Part shown: positions 41,416 through 53,123 of the stretch, piece after piece | Position numbering within the stretch: position 1 is the first letter of the stretch | Layout: each line of letters starts with the position of its first letter | NCBI GenBank assembly: GCA_963845755.1 | Contig: CAWJTV010000011.1 | Span: 640,001-704,000 of the forward strand | Reading direction: 5' to 3' | DNA length: 64,000 nucleotides | Origin: an uncultured Planctomycetota bacterium | GTDB lineage: Bacteria > Planctomycetota > Planctomycetia > Isosphaerales > Isosphaeraceae | Position numbers and translations under genes: made by a program | The notes under the pieces: model-generated | The model's input: the letters and a program-made list of their open reading frames with translations, nothing else | Told to the model about the DNA's origin: nothing | Database searches by the model: none

Positions 41416-44400
41416 CTAGATCGAGACGAACTTCGCCTTGAATTCCGGGGACGCGAAGAGGGTCGCGTACAGCGGGACGATGTTCCCCTTGCTGACCTGG
41501 GAACCGTAATGGGCCTGTTCCCTGGCGGTGGCCGGCCGGCGCAGGACGTTCTCGAAGATCGAGTTGACCTCGGCCCGGACACCGCTGGGGCTGGTGATCA
41601 CGCTCAAGGCAACCTGACGCCGGGAGACGCCGCGGCCGATTTCTCGAGCGAGTCGGGCCTGGGTGGCCGGCTGGAACGGAGTGCCGAACCAATCCTGTGC
41701 CAGGGCGTTCAGGAACCCGTCGGTCGTGCCGCCTCCCTGGGTCTTGTAGAACTCCTTGGAGCCGAAGATCTTGGCGTAGAGCGTCGTTGACCGCTCGGTC
41801 CCCGAGGCCAGCGCCTGGTTCAGCTCGGCCGCGGTCGCGGTTCGACCCAGCAGTTGCTGATAGGTCCCTTCGACGGCCTGAATCTTCGCCTGACGGGACT
41901 GGAGGATGAAGGTCGAGACCAGCTTGGGGGAATACCCGCCGTTGATCAGGGCAATCCAGTAGGCGGAACTATAGACGGACGCGATACCCAGGGTGTCCAT
42001 GTAGACCTGGTTGACGAACAGCTCGCTCGGGCTGCCGATCACCATGGCCAGCGGTGTGGAGGTCGCCCCCACGAAATTGGAGTCGCCCGAATAAACCGCC
42101 GTGATCGACTCCGCGCCGACCGGGAGGCTGGAGACCGTGAGCGTGGCCTGGTTGTTGGTCAGCGTGCCGGAGCCCAAGTTGTTGCCCTGGCTGTCGTAGA
42201 ACGTCACGGTGCCCGTGGGCGTGCCCGAGCCGGTGGCCACCCTGACGATCGCCGTCAGCGTCACGGCCTGGAAGCCGAACGGGTTGGTGTTCGAGGCCGA
42301 GAGCACGACCGACGTGGCCCCCTGGGTGACGACCTGGCTGACGGCGGCCGACGTGCTGGTCAGGAAGTTCGTATCACCGGCGTATACCGCCGTCAGCGAG
42401 TCGGTGCCGGCCGGGAGCGTGGTGAGGCTCAGCGTGGCGACGCCGTTGGACAGGGTCCCTGTCCCCAGGCTGGTCGTCCCGTTGTTGAAGAACGTCACGG
42501 CGCTCGTGCCCGTGGGCGTGCCCGAGCCCGGGCTGACCGCCGTGACCGTCGCGGTGAGGGTCACGTCCTGGCCGGCCACCGCCGGATTGAGGCTGCTGGT
42601 CAGCGTGGTCTTCGACGACGCCTGCGCGACCGTCGCCGTGACCGCCGGCGAGGTGCTGGTGGAGTAAGTCGCGTCGCCCGAGTAGACGGCGGTGATCAAG
42701 TTGCTGCCGGTGTTCAACTGGGTCGTGTTCAGCGTGGCGACGCCCGAGCTGTTCACCGTGACGGGAGCACCCAGGTCGGTGCCGCCGTCCAGGAACTGGA
42801 CGGTGCCCGTGGGCGTGGCGCTGCCGCTGGTGTGGCGCGACCGTGGCCGTCAGCGTGACCGACTGGCCGAAGACCTGCGTGGTGGCCACGGGGCTGACCG
42901 TGGTCGTCGTGGGGGTCAGGGTGGTCAGCACGACAGAGTTGCTGCCGGTACCCCCCTTGTAGGTGATCGAGAACTGCTGGCCCGAGAGCGTCAGGATCGC
43001 CCCCTCGGCCAGGCCGGCGAACGTGCCCGTGATCGCCGCAGTGCCGGTATTGTCGATGATCGTGAACTGCTCGCCGGCCGTCGGCGTGAAGCCCGTGCCG
43101 AGCGTGGCGTTGAGCGTCGCACTGCCCAGCGTGATCGCACCCCCGGCCTGCAACTGGCTGTAATTCGTGCCGACGGTGGCGCCATTGATGGGTGCGACGA
43201 ACGTCGAGTGGGAATCGAAGACCGCCGGGCCGGTGTCGATCAGGATGCCGGTGGACGTCGCGGAGTCGCCCGGGCTGATCGTGGCGCCCGCGGCGGTGAC
43301 TGACGCGACAGTCCCGGTCCCGCCCAGCGTGCTCCCGCTGTTGGCGCTGACGCCGCCGATCGCGCCCCCGCTGTTGGCGGTGTTGTCAACCAGCAGCGTG
43401 CCGTCGTCCACCGTGGCCCCGAGGCTGCCGCTATCGGCGGTCAGGTCGAGCACACCCGCGCCCTGCTTGACGAGCCCGCTCGATCCGGTGATCGCCCCGC
43501 TGAGCAACAGAGTCGCCGCCGGGTTGTCGACCGTCACGTTCCCCGCATTGGTGAAGGTCACCGGCAAGGCCACCGTCGAACAGGCCCGAGGTCTGCGAGG
43601 AATCGAGCCCGCCGGCCAACGTCACGGCGTTCCCGGTGATGTCGAAGCCGGTGTCCTGGACCAGGATCGAGATAAGGTCCAGGCCGGTCATATCGTTATC
43701 GCTCTGCTGCTCGGCCGACGTCAGGTCCGGCGGGAAGATGACGTTAAATCCGTTGCTCGGGACGACGCCGTTGAGCCAGTTGGCGGTGTCGGACCAATCG
43801 GGGCTGTTGGCGACATCGCCCCCGCTCCAGGTGGCCGTGGAGACCGTCTTGGCGGTCAGCACCACCGAGTTGTTCAGCGTGCCTCCCTTGTAGCTGATCG
43901 TGAACTGCTGGCCGGAGATCGTGAGCGTCGCCCCTTCCGTGAGGCCCGCAAAGTTCCCCGTGATCGCGCCGGAGCCGGTGTTGTTGAGGATCGTGAACTG
44001 CTCGCCGGAGGTCGGCGTGAACGACGGGCTGAGCGTGACGTCGAGCGTCGCATTGGCGAGGTTGATGGCGCCGGCGACATTCAACTGGCTATAACCCGTA
44101 CCGGCCGTGCCATTGTTGATGGTCGGATCGAAGAAGGACTTGGCGTCGAGCGTCAGGGGGCCGGTATCCTTCAAGACGCCGAGACTCGAGCCGCCCGGGC
44201 TGATGGTGGCCGCCGTCGTGATGATCGAGGCCACCGTTCCCGCCCCGGCCAGCGTCGTGTCCGTTCCGGGCGTGACCGCGCCGACGGTCCCGTCGACCTG
44301 CAACGTGCCGCCATCGATCGCGGTGGTCCCGGTGTAGGTGTTGGCGGCCTCCAGGTCGAGGACACCCGAGCCGTTCTTGGTCAGTCCGTCCGACCCGGAG

Positions 44401-44889
44401 ATCACCCCGCTCATCACGAGAGTCGCCGTCGGGCTGGAGACCGTGACCGACCCCAGGTTCGTGCCCAGGGCGATCGGCAGGCCCAGCGTCGAACTGCTCG
44501 AGGTCTGCGAGTTGAACGATCGGGCCGGTCAGGTCCACGGCGTTGCCGTTGATCGTGTAACCGTTGTTCTGGATCGTGATCGAGTTGAAGTTCGTGTTGG
44601 CCGCGAAGTCGTTCGTGTTCGTCAAGGCCGCGCCCGTCACGCCGGTGGGGAAGACCAGGTCATTCCCCGCGACCGGGGCCACGCTCCCCTGCCAGTTCGC
44701 AGCGTTCGACCAGTTGACGTTGGTCGCCGAACCCGCACCCGTCCAGGTCGATGTCGACAGAACCACCCGCGACTCCAGCGGCTCCAGAGTCAATCCCAAC
44801 GATCGCTGCCCCCTCCTCGTGCCTCCCCGTCTCCCTCGCGATAATGCTCCGAGCTTCCCCTCTTTGAAGCGCCCCGACCAGAACTCCAT
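41416..44889 (-). CDS. Large secreted adhesin-like protein: LEPLESR motif, autotransporter-type beta-strand repeats, Ig-like (Big_3) repeats, DUF4214-like C-terminus (indels near 44520, 43580, 42830)
   Basis: LTLEPLESRVVLS; NWSNAANW; GLTKNGSGVLDLEAANTYTGTT; T.TATV....GTPTGTVTF, ITAVYSGD repeats; FVNQVY...YQQLLGR..SPEF. Confidence 0.85.
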
Positions 44890-45697
44890 GGCCCATCCTC
44901 CCGTTGGGTAGAAGCAACGACTCCCTGCCTCTTAAATGCGTCCAACAACCCGCACCAAGTCCACTCAACTTGCGCGACTTTCCCCACGCCCTCTCGTTCA
45001 ACCCGTGCCCTGCGATTAATCGCACCGGATCAATGCATTGTAGCACGCAATCGAGCCAGGTCAATCGTGCCGATTGGGGCGATTCGGTGGAGGTGAGTTG
45101 GGTCTGTGAGGTCGGAATCGTTTCGAGCGCGGGGGAGCGAGTTGACGGCGAAGACGAAGGCGCCGAGGGACCGTTGGTGCGCAAGGGAGGGGTGGACCGC
45201 TGGCGTCGGGACGGGCCGGGTTGCGGTCTGCGCGGTCGTGCCCGCGCCGGTCCTGGCGACGCGAATCGAGGTGGCGTCACGACGCGGGCTTCCTGGCGGA
45301 GATTCCGGGGCAACCTGACCTGGACTCCCTGCCTCGAGTCGTGCGTCCACCTGCATCCACCGCCTGGCGTCACGCTTGTTGCGCCTCGACGTATCTTAAT
45401 TATGCCGATCTCCTCCTGGGGCCACGACTTCGACGCCGGGGTCTCAACTCGCCGGGCGAACGACGGGTTGAGCGAGCCGCTCCGAGGTTTTCCGATTCTG
45501 GCTTGCAGGAACTCGGGAAAACGCGGTTGAATGAAGAGTCGGGTTGGTCCGGTTACTCTCGCCGGGGCAGTGAACGCCCGATCCCTGGCCTCGTGGTATG
45601 AGCGCCGGGTCCTCGGCGACCGCCCGTCTCTGGAGCCTCTCTGTATCGAGGTTTCTTTTTTTGAATAAATCAGGTCTTTCTAGAAAATGAGAAACCA

Positions 45698-46153
45698 ATG
45701 ATCGGACGTAACAGGGTGTATTCCCTCCTCTCGGCGACCGTCATGGGCCTGGCGATAATCGGCTGCTCCGGGGAGTCCAGCGACAACCTGCCACGCGAGG
45801 CGATCGCGGGGAAGGTGACGATGGACAGCCAGCCGCTGCCCAAGGGGACGATCCTCTTTTTGCCCGAGGGCAATCAGGCTGAGGAGGCGTCCTCGGCCAC
45901 CGGAGAGATCGCGAACGGCGAATTCTCGATTCCCCGTTCGCGAGGGCCGGTGCCGGGCAAGTACAAGGTTTCGATCAGCCATACGGATCAGCCGGAGGGG
46001 CGCGTCAAGATCCAGCTCAAGAAGCCCGGCAAGAAGCCCGCCACCGGCTTCACGGAATTGATCCCGGCGAAGTACAACACCAAGACGGAGCTCAAGGCCG
46101 AGATCCCCAGGGGCGGCAAGAGCGACCTGGATTTCCCGCTCCAATCGAAGTGA
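45698..46153 (+). CDS. Planctomycete-type lipoprotein with a carboxypeptidase-regulatory-like fold
   Basis: Lipobox IIGC; GKVTMDSQPLPKGTILFLP...GPVPGKYKVSI...IPAKYNTKTELKAEI. Confidence 0.8.
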   Translation: MIGRNRVYSLLSATVMGLAIIGCSGESSDNLPREAIAGKVTMDSQPLPKGTILFLPEGNQAEEASSATGEIANGEFSIPRSRGPVPGKYKVSISHTDQPEGRVKIQLKKPGKKPATGFTELIPAKYNTKTELKAEIPRGGKSDLDFPLQSK

Positions 46154-46403
46154 CGCGGAGGATGGCCGTGGCGGGACGACCCGGCCCAAACGGTCCTCTC
46201 CGTCGCATGGGACCTGGCGGATGAACACCTCCGCGGCGCAGCGCCCCCCGGCAGAGGCACGACCTTCCTTCCTCCCCGTGCTCGGGTCATACTGGAATCG
46301 ATGACCCGCGTCACACCGGCGTGCCCTCTCGCCACCGGGCCACGAGACACGGAGGCGCGGGAGGTTCCCCCGGTGGGACACGTACGCCCCAAGGAGATCT
46401 TCA

Positions 46404-47765
46404 ATGACCAGGATTCTGTCGGCCGTCCTCGCGCGGCAACTCGGTGGTACCATTGTCATCCTCGTCATTGCCGGAACGATCGCTCTGGCAGACGACCGGG
46501 TCCCGAAGGCGGAGGAGCAACAACTTCCGCTGGCGATGCACTCCAAGATGAGCGAGCGTCCCAGGATCACCGTCGGCCGGGTCGGGACCGATCTGGTCGG
46601 GGCCGACAACCGGGCACTCCAGGCGGCCGTCGATTATATCGCGGGCCTGGGCGGGGGGACCGTCGAGATCGGGGCGGGCGAGTACCTGATGCGCGATTCC
46701 CTGTATCTGCGTTCGGGCGTAACGGTCCGCGGACAGAAGGGTAAGACGATCCTGCGCAAGGCCGACGCGGCCGTTTCTCCGCTGGCCCTCGACGGCGACT
46801 TTGGCGAGCAGCAGATCACGGTCAAAGTACCGGAGGGCTTCACCGTGGGCGCCGGGGTCGCGATCTGGGACGACCATGCCGGCGGCTTCCATACCACCGT
46901 GGCCCGGATCACCGGAAGCCGCGGGAACACCTTCGCGATCGACGCGCCGCTGATGGCCGACTGCATGGTTGGCAACCATGCCACAGCGGCCACGGTCTTC
47001 CCTGTGGTAAGCGGCACGAACATCCAGGGGGCGAGCGTCGAGGACCTTGTCATCGAGGGGAACAAGGGGGCCAATCCGCAGCTCAATGGATGCCGAGGTG
47101 CGGGGATCTACCTCTACCGCGGATTCGGCACGACGATTCGCGGTTGCGTCGTTCGGAACTATGATGGCGACGGGATCAGCTTCCAGCAGTCGAACGACGT
47201 GACCGTCGTCGACTGCATCAGTGAGGACAACACCGACCTCGGCCTCCACCCCGGCAGTGGCTCACAACGCCCCGTGGTGCGAAACTGCCTGGCCCGCCGC
47301 AATGGCACGGATGGCCTGTTCCTGTGCTGGCGTGTCCGCTACGGCGTGTTCGCGGACAATCGCATGGAGGCGAATGGCCGGTTCGGCATCTCGATCGGCC
47401 ACAAGGATTCGGACAATCTCCTGCGCAACAACGCGGTCATCGGAAACGGTTCGAATGGTGTGTTCTTCCGCGACGAGTCCGAGGGAATGTCGCCGCACCG
47501 CAATCATCTGAAGGACAATCGCATCGAGGACAACGGTCGGGAGACCGGCACCGCGGGCATCCGCATCCGCGGCGAGCCGTCCGGTCTGATCTTCGAGGAC
47601 AACGTGATCCGCGACACGCGCGCAGGCTCGCGTCGGACGCAGACGGTCGGGATCCTGGTCGAAGAGCGGGTCGGCCCGGTGAAGGTCGGAACGAATCGGA
47701 TCGAGGCGAGCCCCGTGATCGACGACCGCCGCCGCGAAGCGTCGGAGTCGGGATCTCCGGAGTGA
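46404..47765 (+). CDS. Secreted right-handed parallel beta-helix (pectin-lyase fold) protein
   Basis: AAGGAG RBS; DNRALQAAVD...GGGTVEIGAGEY; repeated N..DGI/GL...N beta-helix turns. Confidence 0.82.
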   Translation: MTRILSAVLARQLGGTIVILVIAGTIALADDRVPKAEEQQLPLAMHSKMSERPRITVGRVGTDLVGADNRALQAAVDYIAGLGGGTVEIGAGEYLMRDSLYLRSGVTVRGQKGKTILRKADAAVSPLALDGDFGEQQITVKVPEGFTVGAGVAIWDDHAGGFHTTVARITGSRGNTFAIDAPLMADCMVGNHATAATVFPVVSGTNIQGASVEDLVIEGNKGANPQLNGCRGAGIYLYRGFGTTIRGCVVRNYDGDGISFQQSNDVTVVDCISEDNTDLGLHPGSGSQRPVVRNCLARRNGTDGLFLCWRVRYGVFADNRMEANGRFGISIGHKDSDNLLRNNAVIGNGSNGVFFRDESEGMSPHRNHLKDNRIEDNGRETGTAGIRIRGEPSGLIFEDNVIRDTRAGSRRTQTVGILVEERVGPVKVGTNRIEASPVIDDRRREASESGSPE

Positions 47766-47893
47766 CGCCCCGTGTTGCGGAGTCGCCTCCGCAGCGATCG
47801 CATCCCCATTCCGCCCACAAGATCGCTTCAACGACCGCCCCTTGAGCTGAACCCCGGCCGGCCGAGGGGCGGCCGGGTCGCATCGGCGGCGTC

Positions 47894-49001
47894 TCACGAA
47901 GACAGCGCGGCCTGCAACATGGCCCGCGCGTATCCGACGTTGAAGGCGATCGCCGCGTAACCGCCACCGCCCGGGTAGAAGGATCCGAATTTCGTCCTCT
48001 CGCGGTCGTAGTCGAGGGCGCGGGGATGCTCGGGATAGATCAAGCGCGGGTAGCCTTGCCGGACCAGTTCCTTCATCACCAGGAACATGTTGATGTCGCC
48101 CTCGTCCAGGAACACCTCGGTATATTTCTCGTATGGCTTCCGCACCTTCACGTTGCGGTAATGCACGTGGTTGATGCAGTCGCGCCCGCCGAAATAGCGG
48201 CACACCTCGAGCGGATCCTCGCCCAGTTCCCGGGTCACGCCGCAATCGAAGGTAATGCCGTTGGAGGGGCTCTTGACGATGTCGACCAGCCGCTTCCAGC
48301 CCGCCAGAGTGCTCATAATCTGGCCCGATCCCCGGCTGATCGGGGCCGGCGGATCGTTCGGATGCAGCGCCAGGCGCACCCCCGACTGTTCGGCGACCGG
48401 GACGACGGCCTTGAGGAAATACGTGAGGTTGGCCCACATCTTCTCGGCCGAGTGGGCGCCGACCTGCTCCAGCGGAGGCAGGTCCTTGACCTTGTCGTAG
48501 TCGAAGGCCGTCATCCCCGCGCCGGCCCGGCCGATCTCTTCGTAATAGCCTTCGATCAGCCGGTGGGCGTAGAAGTTGTATTCGATGACCGGCAGTCCCA
48601 CCTTGCCGGCCGCGCGGATCGACCGGATGACCTTGTCGATCTCGGCGTCCCGGCCGGGCCTCCCATAGATGGTGTCGGGAAACCCGATGATCATGAGGTT
48701 CCCCACCGTCACGCCGTGGCCTCTCAGGCGATCGATCAGCTCCTTGAGCCGGGCCTCCTCCCACGGGATGGGCCCGGGGTATCGGGCGATCACATGTTCC
48801 ACCCCGAGCTGCTTCACCCGACGAGCCCCGGCCTCGTCATCCGGGCCTACCGCGAGGGGGCTCGTACCGACTTCGAGGCAGATCTTGGGCGTGCCCGCGC
48901 TCATGCCGGGGTCCAGACGCCGTCGCCGCCACGTCCGGCAATGGCAAGGCTGCCACGCCCGCAGCCTGGATGAGTTTCCTCCGAGAGAACGCGTCGCTCA
49001 T
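47894..49001 (-). CDS. uxuA: Mannonate dehydratase family protein (indel near 48925)
   Basis: VIEYNF, LKAVVPVAEQSGVRLALHPNDPP, NGITFDCG, INHVHYRNV, EVFLDEGDINM, PEHP, AFNVGYARAMLQA; leader MSDAFSRRKLIQ after GGAGG. Confidence 0.75.
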
Positions 49002-49081
49002 CGTGTGAACCTCCTTCCGGTTACGGGCGATCATACGCCTCCGCCTGATGGATGACAATGAATGGTCGTGTCCGCATCGCC

Positions 49082-49390
49082 CCCAGCAACTTACTGGACG
49101 GCGCTCCTGGGAACGCCGCAGACGTCCAATACCGGCAGCATCTCGGTCCGCCTGCCTCGCTCGCAGCGGTTCGACGTGGAGCAAGTTCGAGGACTCATGC
49201 AGCGGGTTTCCCGTCAGGAGCCGCTATGAACCCCGCATCGACGCTCCCGAGAGATGTCGTGAACTCGCTGCGCCCGCGGGACGTGCAGCTCGATCTCTCG
49301 AGCCGTGGCTGGAAGTCCAAGCCTTACGGGCCGGATGGGAGAGGGCTCCAGTTCCTCCATCGCGAACCTGTGCGACGCCCTGGTCCTCCG
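49082..49390 (+). pseudogene. Degenerate remnant of a DUF4365/partner gene pair
   Basis: Matches ~51267-51540 (DUF4365 3' end plus partner start MNPASTLPRDV), then jumps to sequence matching ~52095-52130 (ANLCDALVL). Confidence 0.8.
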
Positions 49391-49469
49391 AGGGCCGGCG
49401 GCTCAAGGTTTCCCGCTCCAACCTCACGCGCTTTTTGCCACAACCTGGTCTTTAGTTTGCCGCAAGGGG

Positions 49470-49547
49470 TTAGGCCGCGTCCGGCGTGCCCGGCGACTGC
49501 ATGACCTTGTCGAGCGACGGGAAAACGCCGCCGGTGATCTTCCTCAT
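49470..49547 (-). pseudogene. 5' stub of a dihydrofolate reductase/RibD C-terminal family gene
   Basis: MRKITGGVFPSLDKVMQSPGTPDAA* overlaps the VOC stop (ATGA) and resembles the MRK....F.SLDGVMQAPG N-terminus. Confidence 0.6.
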
Positions 49548-50035
49548 CGGCCTTCGCCCCGGCGCACGGCCTCGATCGTGGCGATGTCGATCTTCTTCAT
49601 CGTCATCATGGCTTCCATTGCGCGCTTCGCGGCGGCGCGATCCGGGTCGGTCGTCGCCTCGAGCAGCACGCGCGGCGTGATCTGCCAGGAGAAGCCCCAG
49701 CGATCCTTGCACCAGCCGCACTGGCTCTCCTCGCCGCCATTGCCAACGATCGCGTTCCAGTAACGATCGGTGTCTTCCTGGTTTTCGGTCAGGATCATGA
49801 AGCTGACCGCCCCGTTCGGCTTGAAATAGGGCCCGCCATTCAGGCCGATGAACGACTGACCCATCACGGTGAACTCGACGGTGAGCTCCTCGCCCACCTT
49901 CGCAGACGGATTGTCCGCAGCGGAGGCGTGGCCTTCCCCGACCCGGCTGTCGGGGAACACGCTCGCGTAGAACTCGGCCGCCTCGCGGGCCTTGCCGTGG
50001 TCGAACCACAGGCAGATGGTCATCATCTTGCTCAT
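49544..50035 (-). CDS. VOC family (PhnB / 3-demethylubiquinone-9 3-methyltransferase-like) protein
   Basis: GAGGAG RBS; CLWFD..AREAAEFYASVFPDS, LNGGP.F, CGWCKDRWGFSWQI, MMTMKKIDIA. Confidence 0.9.
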   Translation of the reverse strand: MSKMMTICLWFDHGKAREAAEFYASVFPDSRVGEGHASAADNPSAKVGEELTVEFTVMGQSFIGLNGGPYFKPNGAVSFMILTENQEDTDRYWNAIVGNGGEESQCGWCKDRWGFSWQITPRVLLEATTDPDRAAAKRAMEAMMTMKKIDIATIEAVRRGEGR

Positions 50036-50167
50036 GTTCGCTCTCCTCACTTGCCGCCGTCGAGCGCGAAGGCAGCGCCTTGGGGGTCGGTACCCATGAT
50101 ATCGCAAAAACTTACAGAGCGGCCAAGGTCAATTTGTAACCAGCTATTTCAAAACGGGGACTGGCTC

Positions 50168-50397
50168 GAATGGCATGAAGTTAATTTTAACTCCTGATCT
50201 CCAAACGGTTTGCGTCTAGCATGTTTTCGGCGATTTGGGCGGAATGTTGATATCTAGCTCGTTCCATGCGGCCTGTATCCAGGGCGTTTTCGATCTGGGC
50301 ATCGAGCGAGCATATCTAAACTATTTCTGATCGTGGAGGGGGAAATCGACCCTAAGTGCAATCGGACACTATCTTTACGCTTAACTTAATGCCATTC
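50168..50397. mobile_element. 230 bp non-autonomous IS4-type MITE with 17 bp IRs and an 11 bp target-site duplication
   Basis: IRL GAATGGCATGAAGTTAA (50168-50184) and IRR TTAACTTAATGCCATTC (50381-50397) match at 16/17; direct repeat GGGACTGGCTC at 50157-50167 and 50398-50408. Confidence 0.88.
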
Positions 50398-50463
50398 GGG
50401 ACTGGCTCCGAATCTTCGAGGTACCTGTCCCCCTTTTGAAGTCGCCGCAGGCGCACCCTGGGA

Positions 50464-50786
50464 TCACGTTCGCGAGATCGCGGCCCGCGCTCGCCCTCGC
50501 CTGTTCGAGTCGGCGCTGACCGGCATCGTGGCCATAGCCGTCCGGATGTGGTGCTTCGACCAGTCGCCGTCGAACCGGCCCACGGCTTCGTCTCCTTCTT
50601 CGTCCTCGGGCCGGCCGCCGCGGGTTCGGCCGAAGGCCAGGTACAACGCCGGCATCAAACCCAGGTTCAGGACCATCGAGGCTACCAACCCGCTCAAGAA
50701 GACGATCGCCATCGGGGGCTCGATCTTATGCCCCGGCTTGTTGCCCGCCCAGGCCAGAGGGACCAGCGCCAGGCCCGTCGCCAGTG
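50464..50786 (-). pseudogene. Diverged duplicate of the cusA/czcA 3' end
   Basis: [66 protein letters not shown] matches the C-terminus encoded at ~55810-56097. Confidence 0.88.
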
Positions 50787-50902
50787 GGTGAAGGGGACCG
50801 AGGAGAAGGGGTGGCACATATCGGTCTCCAATTCTGTATGATTCGTCCCGTCCCCTGGGTTGGTCGGATCCGAACAGCTTAACATCCACTGGAGCCGATC
50901 AG

Positions 50903-51406
50903 GTGACGGTCAACGAGCAGAAGCAGCAGTTGAGCGTGGCCTACGTGCACGCCGTGGCGGCGCGGGCGGGTTATACCTGTCAGGTGCAGACCGTGGACCT
51001 GGATAGCGTGGACGTCAAGATCGGCGCCGTGGGATATGTCCACGATCAGGCCGTCTTCCGCTCTCCCGAGATCGCGGTCCAACTCAAGGCGACGTCCACT
51101 CCGAGGATCGGAGCGAAACACTTGACCTTTCCCCTCAAGCGGAAGAATTAAGACGAGCTTCGCGCGCTAAACCTCATCCCTCGGTTGTTGGTCATCCTGG
51201 TCCTTCCCAAGAACCCGGAGGAGTGGATCGAGACGAGCGAGGAATGTATGATCAGTAGGCGGTGGGCTTACTGGGCGTCACTCCTGGGGATGCCGGAAAC
51301 GTCCAATACCCGCAGCGTCTCGGTCCGCCTGCCCCGCTCGCAACGGTTCGACGTGGAGCCACTTCAACGACTCATGCAGCGGGTATCCCGTCAGGAGCCC
51401 CTATGA
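50903..51406 (+). CDS. DUF4365 (PD-(D/E)XK-like) protein with an in-frame TAA at 51149
   Basis: KQQLSVAYVHAVAARAG, DLDSVDVKI, IAVQLKAT, LKRKN*DELR (normally KNYD), RLLVILVLP, AYWASLLG. Confidence 0.75.
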
Positions 51407-52565
51407 ACGCCGCATCGACGCTCCCGAAGGATGTCGCGACATCGCTGCGCTCGGGGGACGTGCAGCTCTATCTCTCGAGCCGCGGGTGGAAGTCCAAGCC
51501 CTATGGGCCGGATGGTATCGGGCTCCAGTTCGTTCATCCGTCGTTCCCCAAGGTCGATCTCCTCCTACCCCTCAAGCGGGACCTTGGCGACTTCGCCCTC
51601 CGGATGGGAGACCTGGTCGTGGCCCTTGCGACCATCGAGCGGCGCCCGGTCCAGGAGGTCCTCAACGATCTCTCGGGGCCGGCCGGCGATGTCTTCCGGT
51701 TGCGCGTCGCCGGCTCGGTCGCCGCGCTCGGAAATCTCCCCATTGATGAAGCGATCCAGCTCCTCCAGGGGGCAAGGCAATTACTCTGGTCGTCGGCCTT
51801 TAGCGTGATCCGTCCCGAAGCCCTACACCCGATACGGACCAGCAAGCCCATCGAGGCCTTCCTCAATAGCTGCCGCGTGGGGCAGACCGAACGAGGGAGC
51901 TTCGTGGCTACGATCCTGGCACCGGTTCCCCCGGAGATCCAGCCGTCACTTGCGGGCCTGGACGCGGGCCGGTTCGAGCCGGAGCCGCCGTTCCCCCGCC
52001 AGGTGACGACGCGGCTGATGTCCAGTCTGGGGCTAGTCTCTCAGGCGATCCAGACCGGCAAGCCCGAACGCCTACTGGACGCGGTCCCGCAGGGCATCAG
52101 CGCACACCTATGCGACGCACTGGTCCTGATGAAGCCGCCCGGCGACGAGTCGAGCCTCGACATCCGCGTCACCTGGGCCAGGACCCGCCCTCACTTGCCG
52201 GCGGAGGTGCCGAAATCGGTCTCATTCCTCCAGGAGCACTTCACTGTGATCGAAGAAGTCGGCCGACAGCTCCGCACGCGGGCCACGGCACGACCCGAAC
52301 GCTATCACGGGCGCAGTCCTCAGCGTGAAGAAGGCGCTGCGGCCCCTGCTGGCCGACGTGGTCGGCTCGATGGTCCTAGCGGCCGAGGTCGGCGGTGCCC
52401 CGGCGCGGGTGAAGCTCGATCTGCGCGCCGACGAGTTCGCCACGGCCTGTGATGCCCTCCGCGACGAGAAATCGGTCGAACGTGACGGGGACCATACGCC
52501 ACGACGTCAAGGCACGCGAGTATGTCCTCACCGACCCGACGGGCTTCCGGGTCGTCACGGGTTGA
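51403..52565 (+). CDS. Hypothetical partner of DUF4365 (indels near 52310 and 52480)
   Basis: ATG overlaps the DUF4365 stop; YLSSRGWK, CRVGQTERGSFV, ISAHLCDAL; ends ..REYVLTDPTGFRVVTG*. Confidence 0.7.
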
Positions 52566-52816
52566 CTGATCCCCCGCCGATCAGAGGTGACAGCCCGAAA
52601 CACGATCACCACGCGAGGAGCACGAGATCAAGCCCACCGAACCGGAGAAATCTCCGTACCGGGCTCAGGACCAACTCCTGATGTTTTACGAAAGCCCGTA
52701 GGAATTGTGATTCCGGTTTTTGCCGTTGTGGGACGGAGAGAACCACCGCGAACGGCTGCGACAGTCGAGTGGACGCCTCAAGGCGATCCCGGTAAGATGA
52801 TTCGGAGTCGCCTTCG

Positions 52817-53123
52817 ATGGAGGATCCGATGCCCCACGTCACGATTTCGGAAGAGACCTTCCGCCGTCTCGCCTCCCGAGCGTCCGCCCTGAACATCTCG
52901 GTTGACGAACTCGTCAGGCCGGCCCTGGACCGGCTCGCCGAGGCCGGGAACGGGGCCCCTCCGCCCGAGCCGCCGTTGCCGCTCACCGGTGACGCGTGCG
53001 CGCGCGGAGTACGAAGCCTGGAAGCAAGACGCCGAGCGCCTGGCTGATCGCTACCCGCAGGGATTCGTCGTCGATGACAGCCGTGAGACTATTTACCGCG
53101 AGCGGGAAGACGCCCAACTTTGA
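52817..53123 (+). CDS. Putative antitoxin of the PIN toxin (indel near 53000)
   Basis: MPHVTISEETFRRLASRASALNISVDELV...DDSRETIYRERED; its stop overlaps the PIN start. Confidence 0.7.

Noticed and set aside
44900..45690. Long intergenic region as a possible ncRNA or riboswitch
   Set aside because: No recognisable motif by eye; an Rfam/Infernal search would be needed.
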